Assembly: GCF_006345805.1 (NCBI RefSeq)
Contig: NC_043014.1
Coordinates: 372,001 to 436,000, forward strand
Source of the DNA: Octopus sinensis
Taxonomy: Eukaryota
Direction: 5' to 3'
Length of the DNA: 64,000 nt
Of this stretch, positions 12,218 through 26,429 are shown one piece after another. The notes below the pieces were generated by a model, which saw only the letters and a program-made list of their open reading frames with translations, made no database searches and had not been told where the DNA came from. The position numbers and the translations under genes were made by a program. Position 1 is the stretch's first letter. Each line of letters begins with the position of its first letter.

Positions 12218-15200
12218 CTTCTACTCTTCAAGACTTCACTCTGATCTTCCTTCATTCACTCATGAACACTTGAAGGCAATGACATAACCTGCTTGTATTG
12301 GAGAACAAAAGAATGGACACATGAGACCCTCTCTATTTATGGTGTCATTATTAGATACAGCCAGTCCATGGGGTAAATTGCTTAGAGACAAGGAAGGAGA
12401 TGAGAGAACTGAATATTGCCAGAATCCAGAGAATTTCTCTAGCGTTGGCAAAAAGTGGTTGGGGGACACAAATAAGACCCAGTCATAGAAAATACAAGCA
12501 AGGCATGCCCTTGCCTGAATTGTCGAAAGGAAAAAGTTCATTTGAATAGATACTAACTGGTAAAATGATAATGATATTGCATGTGTGAGCATATATAAAT
12601 ATGATGCAGATAAACAAGAGTATGTGTATATAAACATTATCGTTTGCATGATGCCAAGTGTTAAAGAATACTTGTGTTTTTGAACACTTGGCATCGTTTC
12701 AGCAGATTTCCCCAGATGCTCTCCCACAGCAAATTTGGTGTGTAAGCAAAACACACACACAATATATATACAACCAATAATGTTTATATTACTAGAGCAG
12801 CTTTTAATTTGTAATATATATATATATAAAGATTTCTTTGAAATTTCATTGTGAGAAGACCTTCATGAAGACAAATGGAGAAAGGGTATAAAACTGGTAT
12901 CTTCACTTTTTTTCCATGAATCCAAGAAAGCAATTAGGATTATGGCCAGATTTGAACCAGTTCTATAAAGGTTCAGAACAAAATATCACAAACTGTTTTC
13001 TTCCTTCACGGTCCATATATATCTAATTCTTAAATATTGTGAGTGTCACACTTCAGTGCAGTGAAAATAATGAAGTCATATAAAAAAGACAAATATGATA
13101 AAAAAAAACAACAAAAGACCATACAGCTTGATTAGAGGAGGCATTATCGTTGGTGTTTAATTAGAGGAGGCTTATCGTTCGTTAAATTTGTTGTCGTCTT
13201 CTTGTGTCTAGTCTCTACGAATCCTCGCTCCTGGCGTTAGTGTTGTGATCCTCCTATGTTGTGAGAAATACAACAGAAATATTTGGATTAAAATGGGAAC
13301 AGAGTTTGTTTTAATGAATCTAACATTAAGACTAATTGTTAGTTAATCTAAAACTAGGACTGTCTGTTAATTAACCTAATATTAAAATAATTATGAATTT
13401 CACATTTAAGTAATTGTTAATATATGTAAGTTTAAGATGACTTAATTGTGGCTTAATTAAGCTAAAAGGAAATAAAATTCTATCTTAAATTCAAATAAAC
13501 AAATCTAGAAAAACAAAACAGCGAAAATATACAAAAATACTTAATTCTAAAAAACTAATTATATATAATAAACAATAGTCAATTAAGAAAGAATTAATAA
13601 GAGAAAACACATTTGCATATTTTAAGTGTTTGGGACGAAATGAGTGAAAAACTGAAAATTTGAAGACAAAGCTACGATTTGAACCCAGGTACATTCAGTA
13701 AGCAACTGCTTAATTCTGTTACAACAAAAAAAAAGGAGAGTGGAATGTGGTCAGTTGGGTTTAGGTTCAATCCTAGCATGTGGTCCCTTGAGCAAATGTT
13801 TTCTAAGATAGCCTTAAGCTGCCCAATGACTTTTTAGTGGAATTGGTAGATGGAAATTGTACAGAAGCCCATTATTTAGTGTGTGTGTGTGTGTGTGTAG
13901 ATGCTGATATTCTACATCTTCATTTGACGCTGCCAAACTAAAACAGTGACATCAGGTTTCCATAATAAATTCTGTGATTCTATACTTTCAGAGACCAACA
14001 GAATGAAAGACCTTTCCTTGAGAAACAGGTGAAGGGTGACAACCAGAAGGACATCCTCTCACTGTAAAACTCACAGTCCAACTCATGGACACAAACAAAC
14101 AAACAAACAAATGTAAAGCTAAAATTTAAAAAAAAAATTTTTTTTAATAATCAGTAAAAAATAAAAGATGAACAAAAAGAGTTAAAAAACAAAATAAAGA
14201 AACTTGCACAGAAAAGGGACCGTGCTGTTCCCCTTTCAAACATGATGTGAGAGATTGTGAAGCTGAGATGAGAACAGCTAGGGACCATCACAAATCTTAT
14301 CAGATATTTCAATGTCAACAAGACACAAAACAAAAAAGGCTCAGTTTTGCTGCCACAGATTAAAACTAATTTGCTGACAAAATACAGGGTCCTTGCGTCT
14401 TGTTCAGTCCCAGATTAGGGTCTCTCGTATCTACTCCATAATTTTATTGGGAAAGTAATCAATCACCTTGTCAAAATCTCAAGGTTACAGGATAATACAG
14501 GATTAATTCAAAACAAAGAGAATAAATAAGAAGAAGCTTTACATTTGGTAGAAAATGGTAAAGGATGCTAAAAGGGTTAAGGATGTGCGATCGAGCGGAA
14601 CACGGGTAACAATGATGTCCCAAATGAAGGAGCAAGAAATCACTGAATCTACTCTCATCTGCAGACAATTCAGGTTTACCATGGTTAGCATTTCTTGAAG
14701 TTGCATTCAGTTACCATGACAATCCATTTTCTCTAACAACAAGGGATTTGCCACACCTCCCCCCCCTGTCCCTCCCATCCTTTAGGATAAGCTTTATGTA
14801 ATGACAATTTCTTTTAGCATTGCAGAGACAAATGAGTGTTATGGGTTTGTCAGGGAAACGAAATCCTTTTTCAGATGCAGCCTGCATTTCCACCTTTTGC
14901 TGCATCATCAAGAGCTGTCTCGGCTGTTTTACCGATTCCACCGTTCCAGTTTTCGGCACATTCCCCTGTATCCTCTCGGTCAAATCGTTCAAACTTTCAT
15001 TAGTAATGATCCACACTAGAGTAATTGGAACTGACTACTTTGTTAGTGAGTAAACACACTAATAGAATACAAGTGAATGGAGCAAAAGTGTTAACACTTA
15101 CAGTTTACAGGGGTCGGGGGATAATCCTCCATTAATCAACTAACAATAAATTCAACATAAAAGAATTGCATCTGTGAGATTTTCTTCATTTTTTTCTTTA

Positions 15201-15299
15201 ATGTTGGGATTGCAGAGACTCACACGCATAGGTATGCACGTGAATATATGTATTTGTGTATTTATTATAGGTGTGTGTGTGTGTGTGTAGATAGACAGA

Positions 15300-16150
15300 G
15301 GGAGACTTACTTACTCAAGACTTATGTTTTCCAATCCTGTGAGACTCAAAAAGCAGCAAGCTCCAACCAGGGCCCTTCGTCTGCTCCCTCTTCTTTCCAA
15401 CTGCTTCCATTGCATCTGGCACAAAGTGTTCTTGGTTTCCTTTTTCTGGTGCCCATGTCTTTCCAGTATTTGCATACCAAATGTGACCTTCCAGATAATA
15501 TCGACACAGCACCAAGATGTTATCCAGAATCTGGGATTCATTTCACCGAACGTTTTCTTTGTAATTCCATTTCTCTGGTAACTTGGAGGATCTTCTGAAG
15601 GCCTCATTCGTAGAATACGTTCACCATGTCGGCCACTTCACTGACATCTTCCAACTTTCGCTGCTGTACAGAATTGTACAACTACAGACATACAAAGAGG
15701 AACCTTCTGATGCATTTTGTTGTTGCCTAGATTCAGCACCTACACTGAAACATGGTTCCTGCTTTACCAATTCTGCTGTTCCCATCACTATGCTTCCATG
15801 ATGACGGCTTATGCTGGTCTGGTAGGAGAAGAACTGATGTGGTCAAAGATGATGACTCAAGGAAACCCTGAGGAACAGCAAAGCTGCTGGACAGGCCAAA
15901 TCTTGGCTGAACTCTTGAAGAATGATACCAGAGAAGCAGTAATACAGCAAAAAAATCTGATGGAAACAACAGCAGCAAACCCCAGTTTAAAGGAAAGCCT
16001 AATAGATGCCAACTAGATTGGTTTGATGGCTTTTCAATGTGGGGACCTGCTGCTGATGAAGCACATATTATGCTGGGATCACATTTCGGTGCTGCCAGAT
16101 TTTGTCATCTGATAGAATCCATGCTTTTTAGCATTTAATGTCCAGAGGAG
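15300..16150 (-). mobile_element. RTE-type LINE 3' fragment with (TAAG)n tail
   Basis: TILYSSESWKM...RILR...GHIW...TWAPEKG post-RT motifs, ending gagtaagtaagt. Confidence 0.6.
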
Positions 16151-16293
16151 ATGATTTTTCAGGATGATTACTGCAGCTTATGGCGTTCAAAACCACACCA
16201 CATATATACTAAGTTGGAAGTGCAAATTGCTATTTGGTGCAAAGGTTGCTTCTGTCACTAACGCACGCACATGCATGCACACACACACACACG

Positions 16294-16325
<32 letters not shown>

Positions 16326-16739
16326 CACACACGCACACACACATACTGTATTTGATGACATCCAAATAAGACTCACAGACATGAAAGAGTTCCTGCTCCA
16401 GATTTCTGTGGGTTTTTTCTTTATTAATGATTTTTTAATGCTTATAAAAATTTGTAACTGCAGTGGAAGAGAAGTAATAATGCATGGACAAACATTTCAC
16501 TAGAACACATGGAGAAATATTTTTCATAAAAATGGTTTCTAATTGAGGCACAAAGAGGGTTCAATGCCAGGCTCTTAGCTGCTTCTTTATTTTATCAACA
16601 CTAAAAGGATGAAATGCAAAGCTGACTTTGACACAATTTGAACTCAGAACTGGATGGACGAGTTCAAGGCACTTTCCCAATGTTCCAACAATTTTGTTAG
16701 CTCACCACCTTAAACTTTCTCATAATAACAACAACAACA

Positions 16740-16950
16740 ATAATCCTTTCCAGTTTAGGCACAAGGCCAGGAATTGGATGAGGAGGCATAATTGATTGCA
16801 TCAGCCCCAGTACTCAACTGATACTTATTATTTTATTGACCCTTAAAGGATGAAAGGCGAAGCTAACCTCGATGGAATTTGAACCAAGAACCTACAGGCA
16901 GACAAAATGCTGCTGAGCATTTTACCTGATGTCCTAATGATGCTGCCAAC
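16740..16950 (+). mobile_element. SINE-like interspersed repeat, family A (other copies at about 16560-16710, 27880-28090, 29790-29921, 60890-61060)
   Basis: Recurrent motif ggcacaaggcc...ccccagtactcaactg.tacttatt.tatcgaccc...aggatgaaagg...ggaatttgaactcagaac. Confidence 0.8.
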
Positions 16951-18329
16951 TGCTTTTTTTTCTTTTTGTCAGCAGGAGGAAAGAAGCGGATATAATTAAA
17001 AAGACAAAAGTGTCTTAGCTTTAGGAGAAAACATCAGATTAAGTTCCCAGTGGAGATTAATATTGGGAAATGAAGAAACGAGAGAGAAAAAAAGGAATTG
17101 TAGTTTATGGGGATGAGATGGGATTTGAGAGATGACTGCAAAAACAAAAGTGTCATAAGCTCTTGGAGAAAACATTTTGCTAACAGGAATTAACCAGAGT
17201 TGAACAGATGAGGAAAATGAAAAACATGACCCCAAAGCTGAATATGAAAGTAAAAAATGAAGACAATAAGAAATGGTTGGAAAGAGTTTGTAAAAGAACA
17301 AGGATCAAGTTTAGTTGGCCATAAAGAGGATATGGTTAGTTAAGAAAAAAAAAGCATTTCTCTAAAACTTCAACCATCTTCAAATATTTTGATCTCCCCT
17401 ACACTCATGGAGTGGTTGGCATTAGGAAGGGCATCCAGCCGTAGAAACACTGCCAGATCAGACTGGGCCTGGTGCAGCCTTCTGGCTTCCCAGACCCCAG
17501 TTGAACCGTCCAACCCATGCTAGCATGGAAAGCGGACGCTAAATGATGATGATGATGATAATCCTCTGATACTTTCTGTGTAGCAGGTGTTCTCCTGTCT
17601 TTTCTTTAATCAAGTCTTTTCATGAAATGGTCACAACAGTCTTCAGTTGCTTCAAAATTCTAAATTCCTTTTCTCCAAATCTAATTGTTTCATAAATTTA
17701 CCATTTTGGTAGAAATATATTTCTTTCAAGTCCTCAATATTTTTTTGACTCTTTTTCATATTCAGTCTCTTTTTGTATTTTTTAATCACTGCCTCTGACC
17801 CTTTATAGGGGCTTCTGGCACTGATGGGGAAAAAGGAGGAAAGTATCCTTTAACTGGAAAACTAACCTGAAAGTTTGCAACTGAGAAGACTTCCAAAGCG
17901 ACAGATTAAGTTGAACCCCCATAGAAGTCTAATCCACCACACTAGATTGGACCCTTTTTTATTGATTCCTGAAGAACAATAGATGAAGTTGACCCCAGCA
18001 TCATTTGATCTCAGTGCACTGTGTGTCACAATACTACAAGATAAGGGAACCAGGACACATCCAGGTCATGACTCCTAGAAACCCCTCTGCTGCCATATTC
18101 TATGCTACTTTCTGCATTATAATCTTCATCTTCCAAGGTGGTCAAGGTACCCCAAAGCCAAATGTACTTTGGATGCTGGTACACTAGATGGATAGAGGAG
18201 ACACTATGCCTTCTCAAGTTCACTAACATTGCCCCTTCACCAGATCCAGTTCAAATAATTCTCAGCTGATTTTGCCAAAGTCTTAAAAGCTCTGCTTCTC
18301 TTTCCCTCAGAAATTGAAAGTTGTTTTAT

Positions 18330-19130
18330 GAGTACTAAGATACCCAGATAAACATCAACTACAGAAAACGACAATGAAGGGCTTCTGTCGGTCGAGGCTG
18401 ATCAGATTTGGGCAATATTTGTTGAGGAAGACAGGCAGGCCAGATGTCTCTACTCTTTGTGTCCTTGGCATTTATCCAAGAGAAAGGCTAATAACTTAGG
18501 CCAATACAGCTTGGCGCTCATCACAGGAATTGTTTTCAGCATGCAAGGAGCTGGGTTAGATACCGGAAGATATCTCGCATGACTCTCTAAGAGTTCCACC
18601 AATCCATTGGTCTGGAGAGTCACAAAATAGCAAAGGATTGTGGGATTGTGGGAATGACTGCTACAAATACTTTCAAAAGTATGATATATATGTGATATTT
18701 CAGATTATTACGCTTCAATAACACCTGAATTACTGAGTGAAGCATTATCGTTTACCCAGAACTATACAACCATTTCTGCATCTCATGTAGACATAATCCT
18801 GGCTGCTAGAAAGACATTTATGTGCAAGTGACTTGAAAAATCGCTCTGGCAATCACATGGTCCCCTTCCGACATAAGGGCAAAAGTAAAGCTACTAAGTT
18901 GGCTAGCTATGTATGGAATTTGAAAGATAACAAAACACCACATGTGATTAAATGCAAAGTAAATGAGAAATCCACACCTTTTGTGAATGGATCAAATGAA
19001 TGTAGGATTTGTTTAACTGAAAGAGAACAGATCCTGTTCAGATCTAAGGTCCCTAACTCTCTACTGAACTCTGGGTCATAAATTTTCAGTGGTTGCAAGT
19101 ACATGTAAAAAATATATTTTGAAGAATTGG
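18330..19130 (+). mobile_element. Penelope-like element, GIY-YIG endonuclease remnant
   Basis: NHMVPFRHKGKSKATKLASYVWNLKD...CRICLTERE...LLN matches the PLE endonuclease C-terminal pattern. Confidence 0.75.
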
Positions 19131-19499
19131 AAGATTTTGCTTATTCCTGACTGACTTGTTGATATCTTTCCAGCATTGTCATTTAAGGTCCCAGGATGAC
19201 AGCTCTTTTACCGTTTTACTTTTTATGTTTTACATTTCAGTTTTTGCATTTTTGTTTTCCGTTTTCACTTACTGCCTTTTCTATTTGCTGCCTTCTCAGT
19301 TTTTTCGCGTTTCTTCTATTATTCAATTTTTTTAGTTTGTTGTGGTTTGTGCCTGAAGAATATGTTTGAGTATTTCTCAACATATGAAACTATTAGTAGC
19401 ACTTAAATACATGTATTCTGGCCTTTAAAGAAATAATATTTATCTCTCTCTAGATGGAGCACTTTTTTTTGTTGAATTTTCTATCATATATATTGATTG

Positions 19500-19557
<58 letters not shown>

Positions 19558-20619
19558 TGGTATAAGATTATAATTTCAGATACTTGCCTTAAACTTTCAG
19601 ACATGCAAGTTTATAATTCAGATGTATGACATGAGATATTATTCCTTTCAAATAACCACAAATTTATATTAAGACATAGATGATAAGAATATAGAAATAC
19701 AAGGATATAAACATAAAAAATATAAGGAGTAACATGAAAGTAGAAAATATAGTTAGAATAGATTAAAGGAGGCAATTGAAAGGATCAGACCAAACCTATG
19801 GTCATTTCAGAAAAGTTTTCAGGGGCTGTAGGAAATAATCCAAATTCTATGTCTTAATATAAATTTGTGGTTATTTGGATGAAATAATATCTCATGTCAT
19901 ACATCTGAATTATGAATTTGCTTGTCTGAATGTTTAAGACAAGTATCTGAAATTTTTATCTTATACCGAATTTTATTAATCTTTAGCTCCATATCCAAGC
20001 GAAAAAACAGTTGTACTCCATACTGGAGCTTTATCTCCATTCAAATTCTCTCACACACACACACACACACATATATAATACAGGTAGTCAGGGTAAATTG
20101 CAGCTGTTTCTTCTTGAAGGACATCTGCTTATGCTATTATTATAATCAATAAGCATCCATAGTTGTTGCTGTATGTTTAGATGTTAAGATTGAGAAATGT
20201 GGAAATATTATTTGTATGTTTTGCATAACAGAACAGGAAAATGGAGATTTTTTGGTGTTGTTTATTCTCCATCACAAAGGTTTCATTTGCTAATAAGAAT
20301 CACAAAGATTTGCATATTGTATCAGCATGAAAGGAATTAACGATTGGAAATTCATCCAACAGAGAAAATGTTTTTATGAAAAAGGAGAAAAAATACATTT
20401 TGATCAAGAATTTATATTTGGCTATTAACCAGGAGCATCAGAAATAGCACCAGGGAAGGAAAGAGAAAGATATACACATATGCAAACACACACACACTCA
20501 TATATGCAAGCACATAGATATATATCCACATACAAATGTATACACTTATACACACATAATTATATATATATATGTCCGAGTCAGACGCCATGATAGATCG
20601 TTAGCCACTACACACATTT

Positions 20620-20919
20620 TTTTCTCTCCTTGTTTTCTGTGTCCCTTTCTGTAGAAGAGCGTAGGCTTGAAACATAAAAGTCTTTTTCTATTCCTGAGTG
20701 TTATACTAATACATCTGTTTGTTTTGTACACCACCTGTCTTCGGATTCTGTTTTTTATATATATAGGGAGAGTTTACAAAAAAAAAACAAAAGATGAAGA
20801 CAGGTGGTGTACAAAACAAACAGATGTATTAGTATAACGCGCAGGAATAGAAAGAGTCTTTTATGTTTCGAGCCTACGCTCTTCTACAGAAAGGGATACA
20901 GAAAAAGCAAGGAGAGAAA
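20620..20919. repeat. Inverted repeat, about 123 bp arms (20620-20742 and 20796-20919) with about 53 bp spacer
   Basis: The arms are reverse complements. ORF-track peptides on opposite strands both begin MVYKTNRCISIT. Confidence 0.9.
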
Positions 20920-21663
20920 TATATATACACACATTATATATATAGTGTGTTATGTGAATTTATGGAAAAGAATACCACAGAACTCAACAAATTTGTTAAA
21001 AATGGAGAAGAGATGCTAAAGAGAATTTTAATTCATGCAGACAATCGTTTTGAATAATGATATAAAAATCATGCAAAATCATGGTTGAAAAGAAATTAAA
21101 TTTATTTAATTAAATTAATTATATATCACTGTTCTCTTCAGTCCAAGAAGTATAAACCAAAAATTATTCCAAAGGACTTGATAAAGGGAACAGCAGAGTA
21201 TAATTTCAGATATTCACATTAATCCTTATGAGAAAGAAAGAAGAAACGTGAGTCTGATTAGGTATAAACCAAAACTAAGGCAACTGATGGCTATTTGAAA
21301 ATTGTAAAGGTTTTATGAGATGTTCCCTCAATATCAGAGGAAGGAGACAAGTATTTCTAACTCCAAATAAGCCGTGTCTGTAAAGAAAGTTGTATAGAAA
21401 TGTCCAAAGGAAAAGTAGAACAATATTTGAATTAGGATATGAGCTGACAGTTAGAAATAATACTGAGTGGGGTCTATATTAAAACAAAATGTTCTACATG
21501 CGAATGAGGTTAAAGTAGAGGATATAAAGGGCTGCTGGAATGTAACGTAAATAGGTATTAAGGGGGTAGAAATGCTTAAAGAGAAGAAAAAGAGCTACAT
21601 AAAAGGGAGTTGTGTTAGTGTAAGAATTAATATTCGCTTGTATGTATTAGATATAATGTGTTG

Positions 21664-21695
<32 letters not shown>

Positions 21696-21762
21696 TACAC
21701 ATACACACACACACACACACGTATATACACACAATTACACACATACATATATATATATATAT

Positions 21763-23380
21763 GTTAGTTAGTTAGTTAGTTAATTTGGCTCAAAAGCAAA
21801 TAGCAAGGCCATGTAGGGGGACATGGAGTTAAGTACAGGGTGGTGTTCATGTAAAGAGTTCAGGCCACTTGAGGTCCAGGGAGGCTTTGAACAAAGCAGT
21901 CGTCGGCATCTTCACCATCTCGTCTGGCAGCTTGTTCCACGGATCCGCAACCCGGACGGAGAAAGCTCCTCTCCTTCGATTGAGATGAAATCGTCGCAGG
22001 TAGAGCTTTTCGGAATGACCCCGCAGCCGACGCTCTGGAGCAGGAGTGAAGAACAGCTCTTTCGAGAGGTTACACTTTCCGCTTATGATGTTTTGGGCGA
22101 GAATGAGATCACCACGGCGGCGGCATTTTTCAAGAGAATAAAGGTCGAGCGTCCTCAGCCTTTCTTCGTAGGACAAATTTTTGAGACCATGAACCATGCA
22201 GGTAGCCAGTTTCTGGACTCTTTCGAGATGCTGTATGTCTTTGAGGAGATAAGGAGAAGAGGCTTGAATCCCATACTCCAATATGGGTCTCACCAGCGTG
22301 ACATAGAGTGGTAGGAATATGGCTGCTGTGAGCATTCCGAATGACCGTCGAATCAAGAACATAATTCCGCGTGCTTTGTTGGCAGCATGGACGCACTGGG
22401 CCGAAGGCGAAAAGGAGGAATCCACCAAGATACCCAGGTCCTTTACCTGATCGGTCCTCTCCAGCAGCAGACGACCGGCTCGAAATCAAGTTGAGTTGCA
22501 GGAGTAGAGCCGACAGGCAGATGACAGCACTTTGACACGTTCAGACACAGGTCCCAATCGTTAGACCACTTCCAAATTGGTGGAGGCATCGACGAAGATC
22601 CTCTATATTACCGCGAGGAGCGACCAGTTTGATATCGTCGGCAAATAGAAGGGTGTGTTGCGTGAGGTCGTCGGGCAAGTCATTTATGAAGACTAAGAAC
22701 AACAAGGGCCCAAGCACTGAACCTTGAGGTACGCCACTGCTCGCACTGGAGACGTCGGACCGCGAACCATTAACTTGGACTTGGAAGGAGCGATCTGAGA
22801 GGAAGGCACCAACCCATCGTACAATATCCGGATGGAAACTATATGCTTGAAGCTTGACAAGTAATAGGTGGTGGTTTACCGAGTCAAAAGCTTTGGCAAA
22901 GTCCAATAAAACGATGTCAACAGCATCACTATCATCGAGGATACGCGTCACCAATTCTTCCATTACTAGTAAGTTGGTCAAGCATGATCTCTTCGGCACG
23001 AAGCCGTGTTGGGAATCAGAGATAGAGGCTGTGTTTAGGAGGTGGAGCATCATACTTTTCTTAAGGATGGTTTCGAACATCTTGCTGATTATTGATGTAA
23101 GGGAAACCGGTCGGTAGTTAAGCGGGTCTTCGCGGCTCCCTTTCTTGAAAATTGGGCAGATTATCGCTGTTCTCCAGTCTGCAGGTATAACACCCGTCGC
23201 CAATGACATATTGAATAGTCGTGTTAAGGGCTCGCAGATGACCGGAGCCAACGCTTTGATAACCCGTGGGTGTATGCCGTCAGGGCCGTGACCCTTGTTG
23301 ACATCGAGGCCTTGAATAACATGTTTGACTTCGTCCCGTGTGATGACCAATCGAAGCATTGGAGGTACCGATCTATCAAA
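21763..23380 (-). mobile_element. Young 5'-truncated CR1-type LINE (RT, 3' UTR, (TAAC)n tail), copy 1
   Basis: ORFs 22541-23359 and 21847-22428 contain NYRPVSLTS, QHGFVPKRSCLTNL, LDFAKAFDSV, GVPQGSVLGPLLF and LFADD. Two 1-bp frameshifts. Sits in (TA)n. Confidence 0.93.
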
Positions 23381-23388
23381 TATATATA

Positions 23389-23790
23389 CTAGCAGTATCG
23401 CCCAGTGTTGCTCGGGTTTGTAAGGGAAATAACTATATAAGCATTTTTAGAGATGTAAAGTATAATAGCCATCTCAATATGGCTAACCACAAAGGGGGGG
23501 GGGTGTTACTGTAGCTTTTTACATTCTGAGATTTAATAATACATTTTTAGAGAGTTACTTCCCTTATATATGCCAAAAATGCATTAAAAATGGGAAAAAT
23601 TGATGGTAAATTTTTTTTTAAATCGTAGACTCATTGTAGACGCACGCTAATACCCAGAAGGGCTCGATATGAATCATGACTATAAGATACCCGGTTTTGG
23701 TTAAACTGCATCGCAAAATGTGGGAATAGTTAGGAATCTAAATCGGAGGAGACAGACAGCACACAACCTCACTTTTATATATAAAGATAT
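23389..23790. mobile_element. Non-autonomous Helitron-like element (Lep1/HINE-like architecture)
   Basis: Starts ACTAGCAGTATCGCCCAGTGTTGCTCGGG (small hairpin) and ends cagacagc...cttttatatataaagat. Family assignment is from architecture only. Confidence 0.4.
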
Positions 23791-23824
23791 ACACATACAT
23801 ATACATACATAATTACAGACAGCC

Positions 23825-24652
23825 AGTATGCTCGACTGGATGTGTAATGTCAGTGTGCATATTCGACAGAGTGTAAGTACCTTGAGAGAAATGTTGGACC
23901 TAAGAAGCATCAGTTGTGGTGTGCAAGAGAAACAACTGCGCTGGTATGGTTATGTGGTGAGAATGAATGAGGATAGCTGTATGAAAAAGTTCCACACCCT
24001 AGTGGTTGAGGGAACCTGTGGAAGAGGTAGACACAGGAAGACCTGGGATGAGGTGGTGATCGCATGACCTTCGAACATTGGGCCTCACTGAGGCAATGAC
24101 TAGTGACTGGGACCTTTGGAAATATGCTGTGATTGAGAAGACTCAGCAAGCCCAAGTGAGACCATAACCTCATGGCCTATGCCAGGGGTGTAACCAGTCC
24201 ACTTATGCATGCCTTTCCTTCATTGGACACTAAACTCTGCTTGCGAAGACCTGTTGAGGCAAGTGAAATCAAAATCAAATTCGATGACTGGCATCCGTGC
24301 TAGTGGAGCACTAAGAGCATGATCATTGCGAGAGCAGCTGACTGGCTTCCATGCCGGTGGCAAGTAAAAAGTGCCATTCGAGCGTGGTTGTTATCAGCGT
24401 CACCTTACTGGCACTTGTGAAAAAACATTCAAGTGAGGTTGTTGCCAGTGCCACTGGACTGTCTCCTTTGCAGGTGGAACATAAAAGCACCCACTACACT
24501 CTCAGAGTGGTTGGCATTAGGAAGGGCATCCAGCTGTAGAAACTCTGCCAGATCAGATTGGAGCCTGGTGCAGCCATCTGGTTCGCCAGTTCTCAGTCAA
24601 ATCGTCCAACCCATGCCAGCATGGAAAGAGGACGTTAAATGATGATGATGAT
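23825..24652 (+). mobile_element. RTE LINE 3' end with 3' UTR and (GAT)n tail
   Basis: LRWYGYVVRM...GRGRHRKTWDEV motif runs into the gttggcattaggaagggcatccagc...ccatgccagcatggaaa...gatgatgat tail. Confidence 0.8.
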
Positions 24653-24737
24653 GATATATATATGTATATATATATACATATATACACACATACATAATTA
24701 CATATATATACACACATATACACACCTAATTACATAC

Positions 24738-24773
<36 letters not shown>

Positions 24774-24989
24774 TTTATAAATACATACATATATATATAT
24801 AAATACATACATATATTTTATTTTTTATTTATGATTTGGTTTATGTCTATCCTTGTTTGAATTGCATAATAGTGGTTTTTCTCTAAATTATATACATTAT
24901 ATATTTATATTGTGAAATTTGATTTAATACTAAATTGAATTTTTCCCTGTAAGTTTGGAGTTATACACCCTAATATTATTATTATTATT

Positions 24990-25028
<39 letters not shown>

Positions 25029-25374
25029 GGTTTAAGTAATTGAGATTCAAGTGAGTTCTAATGAATTCACATGATATGGTCCTTAACTAGGATGCACCGG
25101 AAATCTATATGGTGTTAACCATACGACAAAGTGGGGTGATTACAAATAGGAAAAAAGCAACAAGAATGGATCAATATATCGGTACAATTGTTTCGTACGA
25201 AGACATCTTTAATAACGCTACAAAAATTGCAGTAAATATAGGTGGCTCGTACTCATCAGCCGAAAAAACATCAGAGATTCCCAAACATCAAAGGGGGTAA
25301 TGTTACACTTATGAAACATCATGGAAAATTCTATAAAAATGAGAATTTAGATAACATATTGGTTTCTAAGAGTT

Positions 25375-25407
<33 letters not shown>

Positions 25408-25728
25408 CTTCCACAGATTTTCAATCAACCAAATTTCTCTAACAAGGCATTGGTGAAGCTGAGGTTATTAGGAAACACTGGCCCAAGTTGCCCCTTTGTG
25501 GGATCATGTTAAAAAATACGCTGTTGCACACACACACACCACACACACACACATATACATACATGCTACCAAAATATAGGGTGTTTGTGCTAGTACACAC
25601 CCACTCATAAACATATCACTAGTTTAGTTTTGCTTACACTAATTATAGAATAGTTTATATAATTAAAATATAATCTGTAATGTTTATACAAGGGCAACAA
25701 GATGAAATTGTTAACGAGAAAGCCGTAC

Positions 25729-25902
25729 CTCTCTTTGCACCTGTTCTGCATCTTCCTCTTGTTTCTTCCAGTATTTCTCCACAGAACTCATAGAATAGTT
25801 GTCTGGAACCTCATAGTCAACAGGGCGTGGTTCAGTGCACATCTCACAACCAGGACGCATGGGAAGGTTGTCGTATGTGCATTTGCTACATTTCCAACCA
25901 GG
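25729..25902 (-). CDS. RBCK1: RBCK1 exon, NZF (RanBP2-type zinc finger) plus tail
   Basis: ctccacag|CCT ... GAG|GTACGG, 174 nt. Encodes PGWKCSKCTYDNLPMRPGCEMCTEPRPVDYEVPDNYSMSSVEKYWKKQEEDAEQVQRE, with W-x-C-x2-C-T-Y-x-N-x6-C-E-M-C. Confidence 0.95.
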
Positions 25903-26429
25903 CTGTGGAGGTAGAAAGGAAGACAAAGTCATTGGAATGCAGGAAGGAAAAAAGAAGATTTGTAAAAGACACAGGTTATGGAAAGGTGAAGAAAGCAATA
26001 GAAAGTATTGTTGGTTATAGTGACCCCCAGGATTTTGCTGGTATTTAAATTAACAATTAACCAAGGAGTGCTGGGGAGCATTTATAACTTTCAGTGTAAG
26101 AAGCATTAATTTTCACACTCTTATTTTTTCTTTCTCCTTTCTTTGCAAATTACTTCATTCCATCGTGTTTAAATTCATATCGACCTTTCAAAGTGAGTTT
26201 AGATCAGATCCATATCAGACCCTGCATGCGATATGAATTTAAAAAGAGCCCTTGCTGAAGCAATGGAAGTAGCAAAAGATATTCGTTCTATGGAAAAGAA
26301 GAAGTTTTAAGTGTCTGAACACTATATTCTGAGAGCAGAAGGCATAGTACTTCTAAAACTCAGTTCCACTGATGAAGGTGGCTCTTTTCAAGAACCTCAT
26401 ATTGTCAGAGATCCTTGAACTGCCTGCAA

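Noticed and set aside
12260-12760. 166-aa minus-strand ORF
   Set aside because: Low-information hydrophobic translation of probable repeat debris; not needed by the gene model.
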